The notes below the pieces were generated by a model. The model ran no database searches. It was not told the DNA's origin and saw only the letters and a list, made by a program, of their open reading frames with translations. Position numbers and translations under genes: made by a program. 64,000 nucleotides of DNA, taken from assembly GCA_037379345.1 (NCBI GenBank), contig CM074511.1:62812862-62876861 (forward strand), read 5' to 3'. The stretch comes from Perna viridis. Its lineage: Eukaryota. Positions 62,627-64,000 of this stretch are shown here, piece after piece; position 1 is the first letter of the stretch; each line of letters opens with the position of its first letter.

Positions 62627-62745
62627 AATTCTTGTATTTACCCTATGCTCAATAAGAATGCCATCCCTTTACATCTGGCCGTCGGGGTTGGGGGTTTTAT
62701 GCAGGATTTCTGCATGTGGGGTAGAATCGGCCTTTTGACACTACT
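62615..62745 (-). repeat. Polinton right terminal inverted repeat
   Basis: Reverse complement of 53932-54062. Confidence 0.95.
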
Positions 62746-62751
62746 AATTTG

Positions 62752-62865
62752 TATGCCTATACTTTATTGTAATTACTATTATTTCAGGAGAAGACTTCAT
62801 AATACGTTATTTTACTTGTGTCTGATCCATTTTGTTTATTACAAATAAAATATGTTTAAACTAAA
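62752..62865 (+). mobile_element. 3' terminus of the interrupted CR1-group LINE
   Basis: GGAGAAGAC...ACTTGTGTCTGATCCATTTTGTTTATTACAAATAAAATATGTTTAAACTAAA matches the 3' end of the related LINE at 34575-34660 on the minus strand. Confidence 0.8.
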
Positions 62866-64000
62866 AATATAATTTAAAAGATAGGCTTGTTTGGTGTAAA
62901 TATTGTTAATTGATAATATTGTTGTCCTTGATATAATTTCACCATTCTGAATGCATGTAGCATCGTAGCAGTGAGCCAGTTTGGGTAATATTTAGGTTCG
63001 TTGTCGGTTTACATTTAACACATGTCCTGTTAAAAGTGTGTATTTCTAAGCATCTAGTTGAAGAGACACGTATATAAACTTTTGAAACGCCGAACTCTTA
63101 GAGTATTATTTCAGCAATAAGGTCTGCGTGCACTTTTAAGTTCATAGAGCACAACATCTTGTACCACATATACAATCATTGATACACCTGGTTCTGAAAA
63201 CCCAGTTTCTTAACAGACAATCAAATTGAAGTATGTATCTGGTTTCTTGATCGTTACCCATTCCCTTTATAAAAATAATTATTTGGAGCCGCCACTGCAT
63301 CAGCTCTCCGGATGTATTCTTAGCATACCTCTTTATACGCTCTACACGTTGACGTACTCTCAAATAGTTAAGAGTGGGGAAACGCTCTCGGACCCACGTG
63401 GGGTATGGGAGTAGGCCATAACTTCAACACAGCAGCCCAGCCGATAGTAGGACACACTCTGACCGAGTCCTTCTGTCAGGTACCCCGAAGGCTGAGCTCC
63501 ACTACCTCTAACTACTAACCAATATCTAACAGAATTCTCGTACGGGGCGGTCGTGTGATATCTCTGTAAGGATAGTCAAGACCGTAAAAAATCATCATTA
63601 CCTCTTCATATTTCCTTTTTTATGACTATTTATAATCTTTTTGGGGGTTAATTCTTAGCTCAAAATCAAATAGCACAGCTACTACGCGTCTAAGGATCTA
63701 TAGACAACATGAATAATGACTGTTAACAATTGGTTTATTCGGAAATGTAGATGCATAGAAATGCATAATATAACTAATAAGATGTTAGAGGTCAACTATT
63801 TTGAATTGGACCATTGGTAATCCCACACTGTTTTTTCTAACTTCCTTAGTATTTTTATTTAGCATTCATATTGAAGATATTATTGTGCTGACAAACATAT
63901 AAAGGTGAAGCAGGTCCAGGAATTCAGAAAAGTCCATAATTATTAGATGTACTACTCGATTTATCAATATCCATCAGTCCAAAGTTTCGAGGTGAGCCTC

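Larger units (their letters stand above)
53932..62745. mobile_element. Polinton/Maverick (adintovirus-like endogenous dsDNA virus), 8814 bp, internally deleted
   Basis: Ends AGTAGTGTC...GACACTACT; 131-bp TIRs; perfect 6-bp TSD AATTTG (53926-53931, 62746-62751). Contains pPolB, retroviral-like integrase, ATPase remnant, and major and minor capsid genes; abrupt rise in GC and CpG content. Confidence 0.97.

Noticed and set aside
53932-62745. Adenain-like cysteine protease gene; also the possibility that the element is contamination or misassembly
   Set aside because: No His/Asp/Cys protease motifs were seen, so the gene is probably deleted. Contamination is unlikely given the perfect TSD and the split host LINE.

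Overview
This is AT-rich, intron-containing animal genomic DNA. Its repeat families resemble those of bivalve molluscs (inference). Four blocks are visible. (1) At ~2.5-22.2 kb are eight coding exons of an HROB/MCM8IP (C17orf53) orthologue; the start codon was not located, and its introns hold MITEs, Helentron-type elements, minisatellites and a SINE-like retroposon. (2) At ~23-27 kb are intergenic repeats, including a ~950-bp foldback element. (3) At 28.0-50.4 kb is a tandem array of four intact 4-exon universal stress protein (USP) genes. (4) At 53932-62745 is an 8.8-kb, GC-richer, decayed Polinton/Maverick (adintovirus-like) endogenous DNA virus, with 131-bp TIRs and a perfect 6-bp TSD, inserted in the 3' UTR of a CR1-type LINE. 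It carries pPolB, a PLA2-integrase read-through, a collapsed packaging ATPase, major and minor capsid genes and membrane-active accessory genes; no protease gene was seen. Notable observations: both TIRs carry the same promoter-like block and start codons of inward-facing genes; TAAAT(G) motifs recur at viral gene starts; a full-length retroposon begins with a structured RNA motif rather than a tRNA head; and a minisatellite is built from an HROB exon end plus its splice donor. All family assignments come from motif recognition by eye, without database searches.
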